From the IMG/VR virus record IMGVR_UViG_3300042908_000332, positions 1 through 60,636 of that record: a DNA stretch of 60,636 nucleotides; one strand, written 5' to 3'. The notes beneath the pieces are model-generated. The model saw only the letters and a program-made list of their open reading frames with translations, did not search any database and was not told where the DNA came from. This DNA is from a virus (taxonomy: Duplodnaviria > Caudoviricetes). Each line of letters begins with the position of its first letter. The first letter of the stretch is position 1. Positions 1 through 9,184 of the stretch are shown in pieces. The position numbers were made by a program, and so were the translations under genes.

Positions 1-52
1 CCCCGACTAATGGATTTGGAATCCATTGTGCTACCAATTACACCAATGACGC
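1..52 (-). tRNA. trnW: tRNA-Trp(CCA), 3' part cut off by window edge
   Basis: Minus strand reads GCGTCAT-TG-GTGT AATTGGTA GCAC-A-ATGGA TTCCAAA TCCAT-TAGTC-GGGG: acceptor 5' strand, D arm, anticodon arm with CCA, start of T arm. Confidence 0.9.
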
Positions 53-56
53 ATTT

Positions 57-145
57 GCCTTTTTTCTCGGAAAGGCTAACCTATCTCCCTACGATGAGAA
101 CCTCAGGCCATTGCTAGGCAGGCTACGTTCCACTCGTCAGTGGCA
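57..145 (-). ncRNA. candidate structured RNA between ssb and tRNA-Trp
   Basis: GC-rich intergenic island with hairpins CCACT/AGTGG, TAGCCT/AGGTTA, GCCTTT/AAAGGC and possible pseudoknot TTCTC with loop GAGAA. Confidence 0.4.
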
Positions 146-182
146 TATTTCTTTTAGTTTTTGTTGCGAGGTACTATAACTC

Positions 183-599
183 TCAATTAAAAGGCAGATC
201 ATCATCCTCTTCGACAACATTGTTTTTAGGCGCTGTTACCGGAGTTGTAGGCTGATGAAAATCATTATCCGCTTTTGCTTTTACGAAAGTCTTGAAGATT
301 GTACAAGAAATCTCCTTAATCTCTTTCTTCTCACCATCCTTGGTTGTCCAGGAATTAGTGTTGATGCTTCCTTCAACATAGATTTTATCACCTTTTTGAA
401 TTGAAGCTGCTCTATCAGCAAGGGCAGGGATAGCAAAGATGCAGCGATGCCACTCTGTTTTTTCTTCCCACTTATCACCCTTTTTGTAACCGTCAGACGT
501 TGCCAATGACACCTGTACTAACTTCTTACCATTCTCGAAGCTTTTCACTTCTACTTTACCGATATTGCCTAATAGGCAAACTTTATTTAAACTGCTCAT
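183..599 (-). CDS. ssb: single-stranded DNA-binding protein
   Basis: LNKVCLLGNIG, LATS, TEWHR, KGDKIYVEG OB-fold motifs; C-terminal DDDLPF. Confidence 0.95.
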   Translation of the reverse strand: MSSLNKVCLLGNIGKVEVKSFENGKKLVQVSLATSDGYKKGDKWEEKTEWHRCIFAIPALADRAASIQKGDKIYVEGSINTNSWTTKDGEKKEIKEISCTIFKTFVKAKADNDFHQPTTPVTAPKNNVVEEDDDLPFN

Positions 600-1120
600 T
601 ATATTACTTTTTTAAAATAATCATTATAAATATCTCTAGCCTCTTCAGGAGTACTATACGTGCCAAGGTGAATCAATTTATTATTTACTCTAATCATTGA
701 TCTGAATTTACCTCTTCTTTCGTGGACTCCGGTAAATCCATTAGGCCTCATACCTTTAGAAATATTGATACGATTATGTATTACTCTTAAATTCAATAAA
801 TTATTATTTAACTTATCTCCATCAATGTGATCTATCACCATGTTGTTTCCATTTGGATTATGATTTAAAAACGACATAGCAATTAATTGATGGGTTCTAA
901 TGTTTTTGGGTTTGCCATCTTTTCTTAATACAACAAATTTATACCCATTAGATGAAATACTTTCTTTCATAATGATTTCTTTCACAATTCTATAGTAAGG
1001 CCATCCTTTGTAGTCAATTCTTCTAGATAAGCTTTTAACTCTTCCCAAACTACTTACCTGATACAATCCCTCATATCCAGGTACATCTTTCCATACTTCT
1101 TTTACTTCATAACTTTCCAT
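599..1120 (-). CDS. NUMOD4-HNH homing endonuclease with C-terminal AP2-like domain
   Basis: EVWKDVPGYEGLYQVSSLGRVKS (NUMOD4), DHIDGDKLNN (HNH), HLGTYSTPEEA (AP2-like). Confidence 0.9.
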   Translation of the reverse strand: MESYEVKEVWKDVPGYEGLYQVSSLGRVKSLSRRIDYKGWPYYRIVKEIIMKESISSNGYKFVVLRKDGKPKNIRTHQLIAMSFLNHNPNGNNMVIDHIDGDKLNNNLLNLRVIHNRINISKGMRPNGFTGVHERRGKFRSMIRVNNKLIHLGTYSTPEEARDIYNDYFKKVI

Positions 1121-1508
1121 CTTTACTTAATAAATCATTAATAAACTCTTTGACTTCTTTTTGGGAGTGTAGCCAAATCACATCAGCAGTAGAGTCTTCT
1201 CTCACGTAGAACTTTAGCATCTTGTATTTCAGTTTAGATGTCTCGGTAGCAAACCCTTTTGTGTCTATGTAAATCTTTTGTCCATCGTGATGGAGTACAA
1301 AATCTACAATCATAGTAATAGGTCGTATTGCTTTACCTCTGAATCTAAATCCTTCCTGCAAGAGTATTGTTCTTTGGAAGTCGAACTCTAGCCCCAAACT
1401 CTTAAATTGTTGGTAACAGAATAATTCCAGCTTGGAATCAAACTTGACACCATCTAATTCAATTTTTTTATTCCCGTACTTAGATGTTTTGGATCGGGAA
1501 ATCTTCAT
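1107..1508 (-). CDS. DUF1064 family PD-(D/E)XK endonuclease
   Basis: SKYGNKKIELDGVKFDSKLE ... VDF ... IDTKG motifs. Confidence 0.85.
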   Translation of the reverse strand: MKISRSKTSKYGNKKIELDGVKFDSKLELFCYQQFKSLGLEFDFQRTILLQEGFRFRGKAIRPITMIVDFVLHHDGQKIYIDTKGFATETSKLKYKMLKFYVREDSTADVIWLHSQKEVKEFINDLLSKDGKL

Positions 1509-2121
1509 CGTATATATTTACAACGACTTCACCGTAGATAGACTGAGGATACTTAATCTCAATCTTCTTCTTAAGATTGTTCTCAGTCTTGTTTAGAAGC
1601 CAATAAAGGAATTTATCCCAAAGGTTGAGGTGCTTCTTAAGCTTATCCTCTATCCTTTTGTTCAATAAATCCTTTTCCTCTTTAGCGATTGCTTCCATAA
1701 TCTCAGCTGCATCCTTCATTGCATCGCTCTTCTTATAGATATTAAAGTCACGCTCAAGGATAGGGCGAAGCTTAGGCTCTGAATATGTTTCAGGCTTTAG
1801 AATCTTACCATCCTTGCGGAAGATTGGCTTACCATCAGTTCCCATCTTACTCATGTTAGACTTATGAACCTCATCAAATAGCATCACCAATCGGTCAGCT
1901 AGTCCGTACTCGTGAGCGGTTCCGTAGGTAATGTAAAGAATATCACAAATAGCATCTGCGACATCTAGAATGTTGTTTGCTTCACGTAGTTCCTTTACCT
2001 CTTCTTCGAGTAGAGACTGGCGAAGTCTTGCCCTGCGCTTAGAAAGCATCTTGGGTTGATCAGGCATACTCACTTTAAAAGCTTTCTGAAAATCAAGTAC
2101 TTGCAAAATTTGACGTTCCAT
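1480..2121 (-). CDS. MazG-like/PRA-PH family nucleoside triphosphate pyrophosphohydrolase
   Basis: LLEEEVKEL, VADAICDILY, FDEVHKSNMSK, DGKILKP motifs. Confidence 0.85.
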   Translation of the reverse strand: MERQILQVLDFQKAFKVSMPDQPKMLSKRRARLRQSLLEEEVKELREANNILDVADAICDILYITYGTAHEYGLADRLVMLFDEVHKSNMSKMGTDGKPIFRKDGKILKPETYSEPKLRPILERDFNIYKKSDAMKDAAEIMEAIAKEEKDLLNKRIEDKLKKHLNLWDKFLYWLLNKTENNLKKKIEIKYPQSIYGEVVVNIYDEDFPIQNI

Positions 2122-2135
2122 ATTTATATTTTTAT

Positions 2136-2143
2136 CAAAGTTA
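2136..2143 (-). promoter_or_regulatory. Bacteroidota -7 promoter element TAACTTTG
   Basis: TAnnTTTG consensus 15 nt upstream of the ATG at 2121. Confidence 0.6.
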
Positions 2144-2157
2144 ATTAAATTTTTGTT

Positions 2158-2490
2158 TTAGTGCAAGTTGTAGTCAAAATGGTAGCATATGTTCGATAAA
2201 AACTTGATAGTATCGTATGATTCTATGCTAAATATGACATCATCAAAGCTACCACGATGTATATACTCATCGTATATCTTAGTAAACAATTTTGTTGACT
2301 GCTTACTTGTGGCGATACTACCGTCATGCATTAGTAGTGGTAAGTTCTTAAGCTTAAATACTCGTGTATCGTATTCCTTTTTCTTACCTCTTCTAGGTAT
2401 CCTAGCCTTAACTGTGAGGTCAACGCAATAAATCTTTGGTTGAGCCTTCTCTTCAAAAATATCAAACATATCAGAATATATCAAAATCAT
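2158..2490 (-). CDS. hypothetical protein
   Basis: ORF in operon context; start may be MFDIF at 2469. Confidence 0.65.
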   Translation of the reverse strand: MILIYSDMFDIFEEKAQPKIYCVDLTVKARIPRRGKKKEYDTRVFKLKNLPLLMHDGSIATSKQSTKLFTKIYDEYIHRGSFDDVIFSIESYDTIKFLSNICYHFDYNLH

Positions 2491-3850
2491 TATTAGGTTT
2501 TAATGCAATCTGCACATAGTCATCTTCATCGTCTCTATCGTATGGATTCTTCCAAGCAGGAATGTTGGAGTCAAACGTAAGCTGTATGTCTTCCAACTCA
2601 CCATCCCTATGCTTGGCAATGATTGCGTATCCATCGTCAGCCATAGGATTGTTTTCTCTTTCTTCTGGAGCCATGTAATAACCATTGCGATACAAGAACA
2701 TCACGATGTCAGCATCCTGTTCTATATCTCCTGACTCCCTAAGGTCAGACAGCATAGGCTTCTTATCAGTTCGATGCTCTACGGCACGAGACAACTGAGC
2801 CAAAGCAACAACAGGTATCTTCAATTCGTTAGCCATATCCTTCAGCTTCCTTGACACATCACCAACCTCATTGGTCCTGTTCTGAGCACCTGGACTCTGA
2901 ACCTTCTGAATGTAATCTATGACCACATAATCTAAGCCCTGAGAGTACTTCAGCTTGTATACAAGCGAAAGTATGTCCGTGATGGTAAAAGAGCCTGCAA
3001 CGATCTTTAAATTGGAATTAATGATACGTCTCTTGGACTTCTCGTAACGCATAATCTCACGTGTTTCAAGCTTACCACGTTTGATGTGATATCCGGGGAT
3101 ACCACTATCAACAGAGATGATTCTCTTCATAACCTGAACCTCGTCCATCTCGCAGGAAATGAATAGACCTTTGTAGTTGTTGCGTATGGATGCGTGCTTC
3201 ATCATACCGAGTGCGTACTGAGTTTTACCCATAGCCGGACGTGCAGCAATGATGATAAAGTTTGTAGGCTGCATACCTGAGGTGAGCACATCGAATCGTT
3301 TGTATCCTGTCTCTATACCGCTCACACCATCCTTAGTGGATGCATCAAGCATTTTCTTATCAAGTTCTTTAAGTAGAAACTCATTATCCATATCCTTACG
3401 TCTAAGCAATGATTTAAACTTATTGTCAGAGATGTGTGACTGAAGTACGTTAATGACTTCCTGAGGATCATATTCATCCTTGTTAGCCATTAGTTCTAGC
3501 TTCTTAGCAAGGTCTATGTGCTCGTGTCTTACGTTCTCGCCTATCAGAAAGTATATTGAACTTTCTAATTCATTTATACCTGTTGGCTTGTAGGATGTAA
3601 TCGCTGAAATTTCTAGAACTGATTCACGCTTATGCATGGTGTTCTTTTTCATTATAGACTGACTCAATGACACTGCATTGATAGGTTCTTGCGATAAGTA
3701 TAATTCGTATGCAGCTTCAAAAATGACTTTGTTAATCGTAGTAAGGAACATATCACATGACACTTTTGACATGATGTCATGGATTGTAGAGGGGTTCATA
3801 AGCATAGAGTATAGAACTACTTGCTCTGAGCGTAGCTGCATATCATTCAT
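2471..3850 (-). CDS. dnaB: replicative DNA helicase DnaB
   Basis: AARPAMGKT Walker A, VVIDYIQ, LAQLSR, LSDLRESGDIEQDAD, IAKHRDG. Confidence 0.97.
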   Translation of the reverse strand: MNDMQLRSEQVVLYSMLMNPSTIHDIMSKVSCDMFLTTINKVIFEAAYELYLSQEPINAVSLSQSIMKKNTMHKRESVLEISAITSYKPTGINELESSIYFLIGENVRHEHIDLAKKLELMANKDEYDPQEVINVLQSHISDNKFKSLLRRKDMDNEFLLKELDKKMLDASTKDGVSGIETGYKRFDVLTSGMQPTNFIIIAARPAMGKTQYALGMMKHASIRNNYKGLFISCEMDEVQVMKRIISVDSGIPGYHIKRGKLETREIMRYEKSKRRIINSNLKIVAGSFTITDILSLVYKLKYSQGLDYVVIDYIQKVQSPGAQNRTNEVGDVSRKLKDMANELKIPVVALAQLSRAVEHRTDKKPMLSDLRESGDIEQDADIVMFLYRNGYYMAPEERENNPMADDGYAIIAKHRDGELEDIQLTFDSNIPAWKNPYDRDDEDDYVQIALKPNNDFDIF

Positions 3851-3851
3851 A

Positions 3852-4271
3852 TTACCCCCTTACATTAAACTTTGGCATAACAAATCCTTCTTTCTTTTTA
3901 TCTTCCTTAGATACGTTTGTCCACTTGTCAATCTGCTCCAGTCTAGAGAAATACTCTACGGTGCAGTACTTATGATTATTCTCTGAGTGGAACTCGTCAT
4001 CCTTAGCGTTCTCCATTGCAACTTTGATGTCATCTAAGCTGAAATGCTTAAGTATTTCCTTGTACTTGTTGACAACCTTTTTGGTCATCACACGTGAACG
4101 CTTTTGGAAAACTTCGTTAAAGATATTTAATATTTTCAGAACATCATCGCCTGATGCAACGGATGTCATTGAATCAATATCTTTCTTGGCAGCATTGAGT
4201 ATTGCCGTCTTTTCTTCTGAGAACGGCCCGAATATCCTATCGAGCTCATTCTCTAAATGTTTTAGTATCAT
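3852..4271 (-). CDS. putative replication initiator/helicase loader (phage replication protein C-terminal-like domain)
   Basis: Directly upstream of dnaB; FNEVF...FSLDDIKVAMENAKDDEFH...KYCTVEYFSR resembles C-termini of phage replication proteins. Confidence 0.55.
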   Translation of the reverse strand: MILKHLENELDRIFGPFSEEKTAILNAAKKDIDSMTSVASGDDVLKILNIFNEVFQKRSRVMTKKVVNKYKEILKHFSLDDIKVAMENAKDDEFHSENNHKYCTVEYFSRLEQIDKWTNVSKEDKKKEGFVMPKFNVRG

Positions 4272-4276
4272 GGTAG

Positions 4277-4591
4277 TTAATCTAAAAAGTCCTTAATGCA
4301 TTCAGTGTTTATCTCATAATCTCTAGATTTTTTACGGTGTTTTTCGTAGTGGTTAATTGTAGCATGATCACATCCTATAAGCTTAGAGAGAGAAGTCATA
4401 GTGCTGTATGCGTTCAGATACTTATTGTTTTTCTTCCACCATAGTACAACAAAATGCTTTCTATCTATAAGTTCTTGCTTCCTGCTTTTATTTCTGATGT
4501 CATATGAACTAACCACCATTTCGAGTAGCCTATCATGTACGCTAGTACCATCTATGTGTCCATTGTTTACTAACCAATCTTCCCAACTCAT
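4277..4591 (-). CDS. DnaA C-terminal-like HTH protein
   Basis: KSRKQEL..RK...LSKLIGCDHATINH matches the DnaA domain IV DHxT(V/I)xH pattern. Confidence 0.65.
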   Translation of the reverse strand: MSWEDWLVNNGHIDGTSVHDRLLEMVVSSYDIRNKSRKQELIDRKHFVVLWWKKNNKYLNAYSTMTSLSKLIGCDHATINHYEKHRKKSRDYEINTECIKDFLD

Positions 4592-5106
4592 TTGTCGTAT
4601 GTCATTATTGTTTCGCCTAGACTATCAAAAAACTTAATAATTTCTTCTACGCCTTTATCATCTACATCTTTCATGTTGATAATGTCACCGTATTGTTTCT
4701 CCATGTGTTCGATAACAACTTTAGTATGTAGATCAATAAACACCGGATAGAATGTTCCTTTGTGCTCATCCATCTTATTGATGTCATTTATTGCACTCTT
4801 CAACTTAGCATAGAATAGAATTAACGAGGTCTTATTTTCGCCTGCGCTGATTCCAGTAGAACCATCCTCAATAGAGTTGTATATCTCTTGCAACAAGGTA
4901 TGGTCCTCTTCAAGTAGAGACTTCATCAATTCCTTTGTATGCATTTCCATTAGCACTGCCCACTTAGCTGCGTACTGCTTGAATCTGAACTTATAGTACT
5001 TCTTGCGGTATACAATCTCATCAAGGTCATTCAATGCAGATGATACTTTCATTACTGCTCTCAGCAAGTGAACGGTGTCTAGTTTTATTTGTTGTTCTTC
5101 AGCCAT
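4588..5106 (-). CDS. hypothetical protein
   Basis: ORF in operon; start MAEEQ at 5106 abuts the stop of the upstream small ORF. Confidence 0.7.
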   Translation of the reverse strand: MAEEQQIKLDTVHLLRAVMKVSSALNDLDEIVYRKKYYKFRFKQYAAKWAVLMEMHTKELMKSLLEEDHTLLQEIYNSIEDGSTGISAGENKTSLILFYAKLKSAINDINKMDEHKGTFYPVFIDLHTKVVIEHMEKQYGDIINMKDVDDKGVEEIIKFFDSLGETIMTYDK

Positions 5107-5107
5107 G

Positions 5108-5287
5108 TTATTCAATGTCTAGTTCTAATTGATTACTTAATATCAAAATGAGAGCCTTTATCTTTTCTTTCCTGGTCTCTCTCTTAGCCTGTAAATTCTT
5201 TATGTCTTTGTTGATTTGATTGATGTCATCATTCAATTCTTTGATTTGTATCAAGACATTTTCTTTAACTCCTTTGCTTACTTCCAT
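5108..5287 (-). CDS. small coiled-coil protein (59 aa, not in ORF track)
   Basis: MEVSKGVKENVLIQIKELNDDINQINKDIKNLQAKRETRKEKIKALILILSNQLELDIE; fills the gap exactly. Confidence 0.65.
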   Translation of the reverse strand: MEVSKGVKENVLIQIKELNDDINQINKDIKNLQAKRETRKEKIKALILILSNQLELDIE

Positions 5288-5391
5288 AGTTCAAATATAG
5301 CGTGAATAACTAACGCAATGCTGATTACGGTAATGAGTATCATTGTACCTAATGCAGCGTAGTATTCTCGTTCTTTGTTTCGTTTTTTCAT
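5278..5391 (-). CDS. small membrane protein (37 aa)
   Basis: MKKRNKEREYYAALGTMILITVISIALVIHAIFELWK; ATGA overlap with upstream ORF. Confidence 0.6.
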   Translation of the reverse strand: MKKRNKEREYYAALGTMILITVISIALVIHAIFELWK

Positions 5392-5465
5392 AGTGTAAAA
5401 ATTAAATAGCCAATAGTAATTCCAGCTAAAAGATGTAAGAGTCGGTAGTAGTCTTCTTGGTTCAT
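5388..5465 (-). CDS. small membrane peptide (25 aa, not in ORF track)
   Basis: MNQEDYYRLLHLLAGITIGYLIFTL; ATGA overlaps at both ends. Confidence 0.55.
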   Translation of the reverse strand: MNQEDYYRLLHLLAGITIGYLIFTL

Positions 5466-5668
5466 TGTTCTTGTTGTTTAAAGGTTTCGTTGTAGTATTG
5501 CTCTGCATCTTCATCAGAACACGGATTCAAATCTGCTTTGTAAGCCATTATAATCTGCTCCTTCTCCATTTTCTTCGCCTTATTAAACTCATTTATAAAA
5601 AGACTCATATGATGCTCACCTAAACTAATAGTAAGCATTTCTTCCAACCATTCTACTGCTGTTTTCAT
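5462..5668 (-). CDS. hypothetical phage protein
   Basis: MKTAVEWL...AKKMEKEQII...AEQYYNETF pattern typical of small Bacteroidota phage proteins. Confidence 0.75.
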   Translation of the reverse strand: MKTAVEWLEEMLTISLGEHHMSLFINEFNKAKKMEKEQIIMAYKADLNPCSDEDAEQYYNETFKQQEQ

Positions 5669-6150
5669 TACTTAGGTATTGTGATTTGTATTGTCTCTGA
5701 TCCACTCTTCTTAATCACAGCAGGCTCAACTACTACGCCATCGTTATCAATCAACTGGGCAACTGACATAGCCTGAATCATCTGCTTCTCGATTTCTTTC
5801 TGACGTTCTTTAAGCTGTGTGATTTGGTCATTTATCTCAGACCATTCATCGTTATGGGAGTAGTCATAGGTAGTAGGAGTATTCTTAACAACAACAGAGC
5901 AACCTAATACTTTTTGATCTTTATCAAACTTATACGCATCCTTGATAGCATAGTGCTTTAGTCCGTTCATGATTTGATCAGCAATTTCTGCGACACCCTT
6001 AGCTTTAACGTAAGCTTCAATTGGGTCTTCGTAGCCTCCATCAATAGAGGTCTTTACGATTTCGTTAGCTATATTAGAAAGGTTAGCCTTAGACAAATTA
6101 TCCAAGGCTATAACCATTCCTGTGCTATCTTCTTTAAAGATATCAATCAT
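5668..6150 (-). CDS. hypothetical protein of the recombination module
   Basis: TAATG coupling to neighbours; YDYS motif followed by coiled coil. Confidence 0.75.
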   Translation of the reverse strand: MIDIFKEDSTGMVIALDNLSKANLSNIANEIVKTSIDGGYEDPIEAYVKAKGVAEIADQIMNGLKHYAIKDAYKFDKDQKVLGCSVVVKNTPTTYDYSHNDEWSEINDQITQLKERQKEIEKQMIQAMSVAQLIDNDGVVVEPAVIKKSGSETIQITIPK

Positions 6151-7133
6151 TACATAATAGATTTGTAGTGAGCATTACATAGTTCTTTGAACATATCCAC
6201 GTGATCTTGTGGCGCATCAGGGAACTTAGCTACCGTATCCTTGGCCCATTGAATGAACTGCTTAGGATCAGTAATTGATTTAACCTTATCAAAGTAATCA
6301 GAGATGTTTTCCTCTTCAACTTCTTCTTCAGTCAAGCCCTCATCAAGTATCTCATCTACTTTATCCTGGATAGCTTTCTTAATTGTCTCATTCTTCATGC
6401 GTTTATCAGGATTCTTACCATATAGCTGATTGTACTCAGAAATTAATGCATCACGCTCAGTATCATTTTCTTCATCAGCTTGTGGCTTGAGTATACCCTT
6501 CACGTTAGCTTCATCGTCAACTTGTACCGGAGTAGGCTGTGGATCAGGTTGTACTTCTACAGGTGCAGCAGCAGCCTTGAACTTAGGTTCTTCTTGCTTA
6601 GGTTTCATCTCACCCCACTTAAATCTTACCTTACCATTCTCATCCTTAGCAGCAAGGAATGATACACGACCATCAGTGAACTCAGAGTACCATGTCCAAT
6701 CACGGATCTTAAGGTTATACGTTTGCTTGGGTTTACCACCATCCTTTGACCACTCATTGTCATTAAGCTTGACAGAGATTAAAGGATAGTCATACAACTC
6801 ACGTCCAATACCCCAATTGAAACAAGCACGCTTGAATGAGTCAGAAGATTCGCCCTTGGCTGCTTCAGTCATTGACTCAGTACCTACGTCAGATTTCCAA
6901 GTCCATTCACCACACGCATCGTTCCATAGGCCTACGTGGCAGAACAACTTGCCGTTAATAAACTCATGCTTGCGTTGCCATCCTAATGGTCCAACAGCAG
7001 CATCTAATCGTGCCATATCAACACGTGCATCTTTGTATGCTAAGATTGTAGCATAGCCACCGTTATTAATTGACTGTACTCTAAAGTCGATGTCACTAAT
7101 ATCTAGTGGTCTTGTTAGTTCTTGTAAGTTCAT
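6150..7133 (-). CDS. Rad52/Rad22-family single-strand annealing protein (Sak-like)
   Basis: AYKDAR...RLDAAVGPLGWQ...KSDVG...KGESSDSFKRACFNWGIGRELY. Confidence 0.9.
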   Translation of the reverse strand: MNLQELTRPLDISDIDFRVQSINNGGYATILAYKDARVDMARLDAAVGPLGWQRKHEFINGKLFCHVGLWNDACGEWTWKSDVGTESMTEAAKGESSDSFKRACFNWGIGRELYDYPLISVKLNDNEWSKDGGKPKQTYNLKIRDWTWYSEFTDGRVSFLAAKDENGKVRFKWGEMKPKQEEPKFKAAAAPVEVQPDPQPTPVQVDDEANVKGILKPQADEENDTERDALISEYNQLYGKNPDKRMKNETIKKAIQDKVDEILDEGLTEEEVEEENISDYFDKVKSITDPKQFIQWAKDTVAKFPDAPQDHVDMFKELCNAHYKSIM

Positions 7134-7196
7134 TTGTTTAATAGTATTAAGATTAATATTCCGATTGAATATCCAAGTATTTCATAGAATCTTTTA

Positions 7197-7424
7197 CTAA
7201 GCATCACCCTTTGTTTTTTGATTACTGAATTCATCTTTGTACTCTTGAGATTCGTATATAGATGATGCCATCTTCATTAATTGATACAGCCCAGGTTCTT
7301 CACCCATAGCGTACAAGAATGCAGCTAATACATCACTGTGTTTTCCTTGCAACTCCATTTGAAAGTTGTTGTCTGATACATCCATACGGAACGATACTAA
7401 TTTTTCTTTGCTCATAATTACCAA
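7197..7424 (-). CDS. hypothetical protein
   Basis: ORF in operon context. Confidence 0.6.
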   Translation of the reverse strand: MVIMSKEKLVSFRMDVSDNNFQMELQGKHSDVLAAFLYAMGEEPGLYQLMKMASSIYESQEYKDEFSNQKTKGDA

Positions 7425-7702
7425 TTAAAATCTTCTTCTAATTCTTTTCTTACATTAATCATTACATCTTCCTGTACAGTAGAGTATCTCATTAGGATGT
7501 TTCTTAAATCTTCATCAAGCATATCCGCAATTACAATGAAGGCATAAGAATCACGAGGAGTTCTACCGGACATTAAGTTGTAAACATTCTGATACGTTTC
7601 CCAATTGCCAGGAACACTACGTTCAATTAGGGCATCTTTGAGGTGCACAGCACTGTATCGCTTCGATTTCATTAGGTCTCGAATACCTTTCTTTTTGTTC
7701 AT
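7418..7702 (-). CDS. hypothetical protein, possible HTH regulator
   Basis: First gene after promoter; YQNVYNLMSGRTP resembles an XRE-type recognition helix. Confidence 0.55.
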   Translation of the reverse strand: MNKKKGIRDLMKSKRYSAVHLKDALIERSVPGNWETYQNVYNLMSGRTPRDSYAFIVIADMLDEDLRNILMRYSTVQEDVMINVRKELEEDFNW

Positions 7703-7720
7703 AAGTGATTTGATTTGCTA

Positions 7721-7728
7721 CAAATATA
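7721..7728 (-). promoter_or_regulatory. Bacteroidota -7 promoter element TATATTTG
   Basis: Consensus match 19 nt upstream of the ATG at 7702. Confidence 0.7.
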
Positions 7729-7765
7729 ACAACTTAAGTTTTATTTACCAAAAAATTTATTTAAA

Positions 7766-8098
7766 TTAAGGTAAATCATACCCTGTTCTATCTAAGATTA
7801 ATTTCATTAGATATGCGCAGCTGTCCATCTGTTCCTCTAGCAAGTGCATAAGGAAATCATCGTAGTTGTTTTCAGCTAGTGTTGTACCGTACTTACTGAT
7901 GCCTGCTTGACTACGCTCATCAAACTTTTTCTTAAGTACTTCAATTACAGGATCGGTAATGGTTTCTACATTTACAGGTTTCTCAGGTGCATTCATTCTA
8001 TCAAGGTATCCGTGACTAACATTAGTGTACAACTTTTCTACACCATCGTTAAACTTTTTTTTCATTGCTTCTTCCCAAGCTTTATTCCAATTATCCAT
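7766..8098 (-). CDS. conserved phage protein, possible all-alpha NTP pyrophosphatase
   Basis: RSQAGISKYGTTL...HLLEEQMDSCAY pattern. Confidence 0.6.
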   Translation of the reverse strand: MDNWNKAWEEAMKKKFNDGVEKLYTNVSHGYLDRMNAPEKPVNVETITDPVIEVLKKKFDERSQAGISKYGTTLAENNYDDFLMHLLEEQMDSCAYLMKLILDRTGYDLP

Positions 8099-8279
8099 CT
8101 TTTTGTTTTTTATAGTCAATAATAAATCCTACTGCTACTATGATGTTCATACCCATTGACATAATTACCTCGTGTATGTCTTGATAGACTGTAGTCATAA
8201 GGTGTATATGTCCGATAGACCAGAATGGAATAGCCAAGTTCTGACTGATCCAGGATATGGTGTACTTAATAAAGTTCAT
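8091..8279 (-). CDS. small membrane protein
   Basis: Two hydrophobic segments; overlaps neighbours; start MNFIK at 8279. Confidence 0.6.
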   Translation of the reverse strand: MNFIKYTISWISQNLAIPFWSIGHIHLMTTVYQDIHEVIMSMGMNIIVAVGFIIDYKKQKDG

Positions 8280-8523
8280 CTTCAAACAATTCATCTTTGT
8301 ATTTAGCAATTGTCTCTTCTAATCTAATGAACAACATCGCTGTAGCATCGAGATATTCTTGAGGTACTTCTAAGCCTTGTCTATGAAATGCTTCAATGAT
8401 TTGATGACCACATTCAGTTGCGCATCTATACACAGTCATAGGATGTAGGTTCTGCTTTACAAACATAAATGATAAGTTGAACACTATTTGTTCAGCACTT
8501 AATCTTTCTAATTTAGTTTCCAT
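8266..8523 (-). CDS. hypothetical protein
   Basis: ORF with A-rich start region. Confidence 0.65.
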   Translation of the reverse strand: METKLERLSAEQIVFNLSFMFVKQNLHPMTVYRCATECGHQIIEAFHRQGLEVPQEYLDATAMLFIRLEETIAKYKDELFEDELY

Positions 8524-9169
8524 TTGTTTTAGTTTTAATGATGTGTTCTGACCATTGCCTTGCCATTGCCTCAGCTATACCCGGAAATGTCTTTGACCGC
8601 ATCTTTGACCTTTCATCAGATGGCAGGTGCCAGCATTCAGCATACCAAGAAGGCATTGATTTACCACTTTCGAAGAACTTACGAGGGGCAGGCTCTACAA
8701 CACTCGTTGGTGTTAGTTCAGGCAATCCTTTTAACCATAAACACGTTTTCTTTTCGAATGGATCTCCGAATTGAAATGGGTTAATTATCTGATTAGGTTT
8801 ACGCCATTCAGTACTCATTATACCAACAGGGTTTTCTATAGCGATATAATCAGCATTGGCATTAGCAAATAACATAAAGAAGTTGATAGCATCTTTTCTA
8901 TCTTCAATTCTTTTCAGTGCTTTATCGCCATACTTTTCTACATTGAACCATCTGTTTCCAGTTACAGTCAAATAGGTGCAAGGTGGGAATGCTATGATTA
9001 AATCCCATTGTTGTTCTAATAACTTTGTTACATCTTGTTGCAGATGCCATTCAGGGTGACCACCTGATTCAGGAAGTATATCACAACTATATGCTTCGTG
9101 ACCTAACTTTCTAAATTCTTTTGTTACTGCCTGACTTTCTTCGCAGGCTAATAAGATTCTTAATTTCAT
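8513..9169 (-). CDS. DNA cytosine-C5 methyltransferase-like protein
   Basis: LLACEESQ, SCDILP, DLIIAFPPCT (catalytic PC), IENP, RSKTFPGIA. Confidence 0.8.
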   Translation of the reverse strand: MKLRILLACEESQAVTKEFRKLGHEAYSCDILPESGGHPEWHLQQDVTKLLEQQWDLIIAFPPCTYLTVTGNRWFNVEKYGDKALKRIEDRKDAINFFMLFANANADYIAIENPVGIMSTEWRKPNQIINPFQFGDPFEKKTCLWLKGLPELTPTSVVEPAPRKFFESGKSMPSWYAECWHLPSDERSKMRSKTFPGIAEAMARQWSEHIIKTKTNGN

Positions 9170-9184
9170 ACTCTTTTATTTATA

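Noticed and set aside
126-146. CTGACGA on the minus strand resembling a hammerhead core
   Set aside because: No GAAA after a stem II; the sequence is better explained as hairpin CCACT-GACG-AGTGG
6430-7056. Antisense ORFs over the Rad52-like gene and similar short opposite-strand ORFs elsewhere
   Set aside because: Shadow frames of well-supported genes
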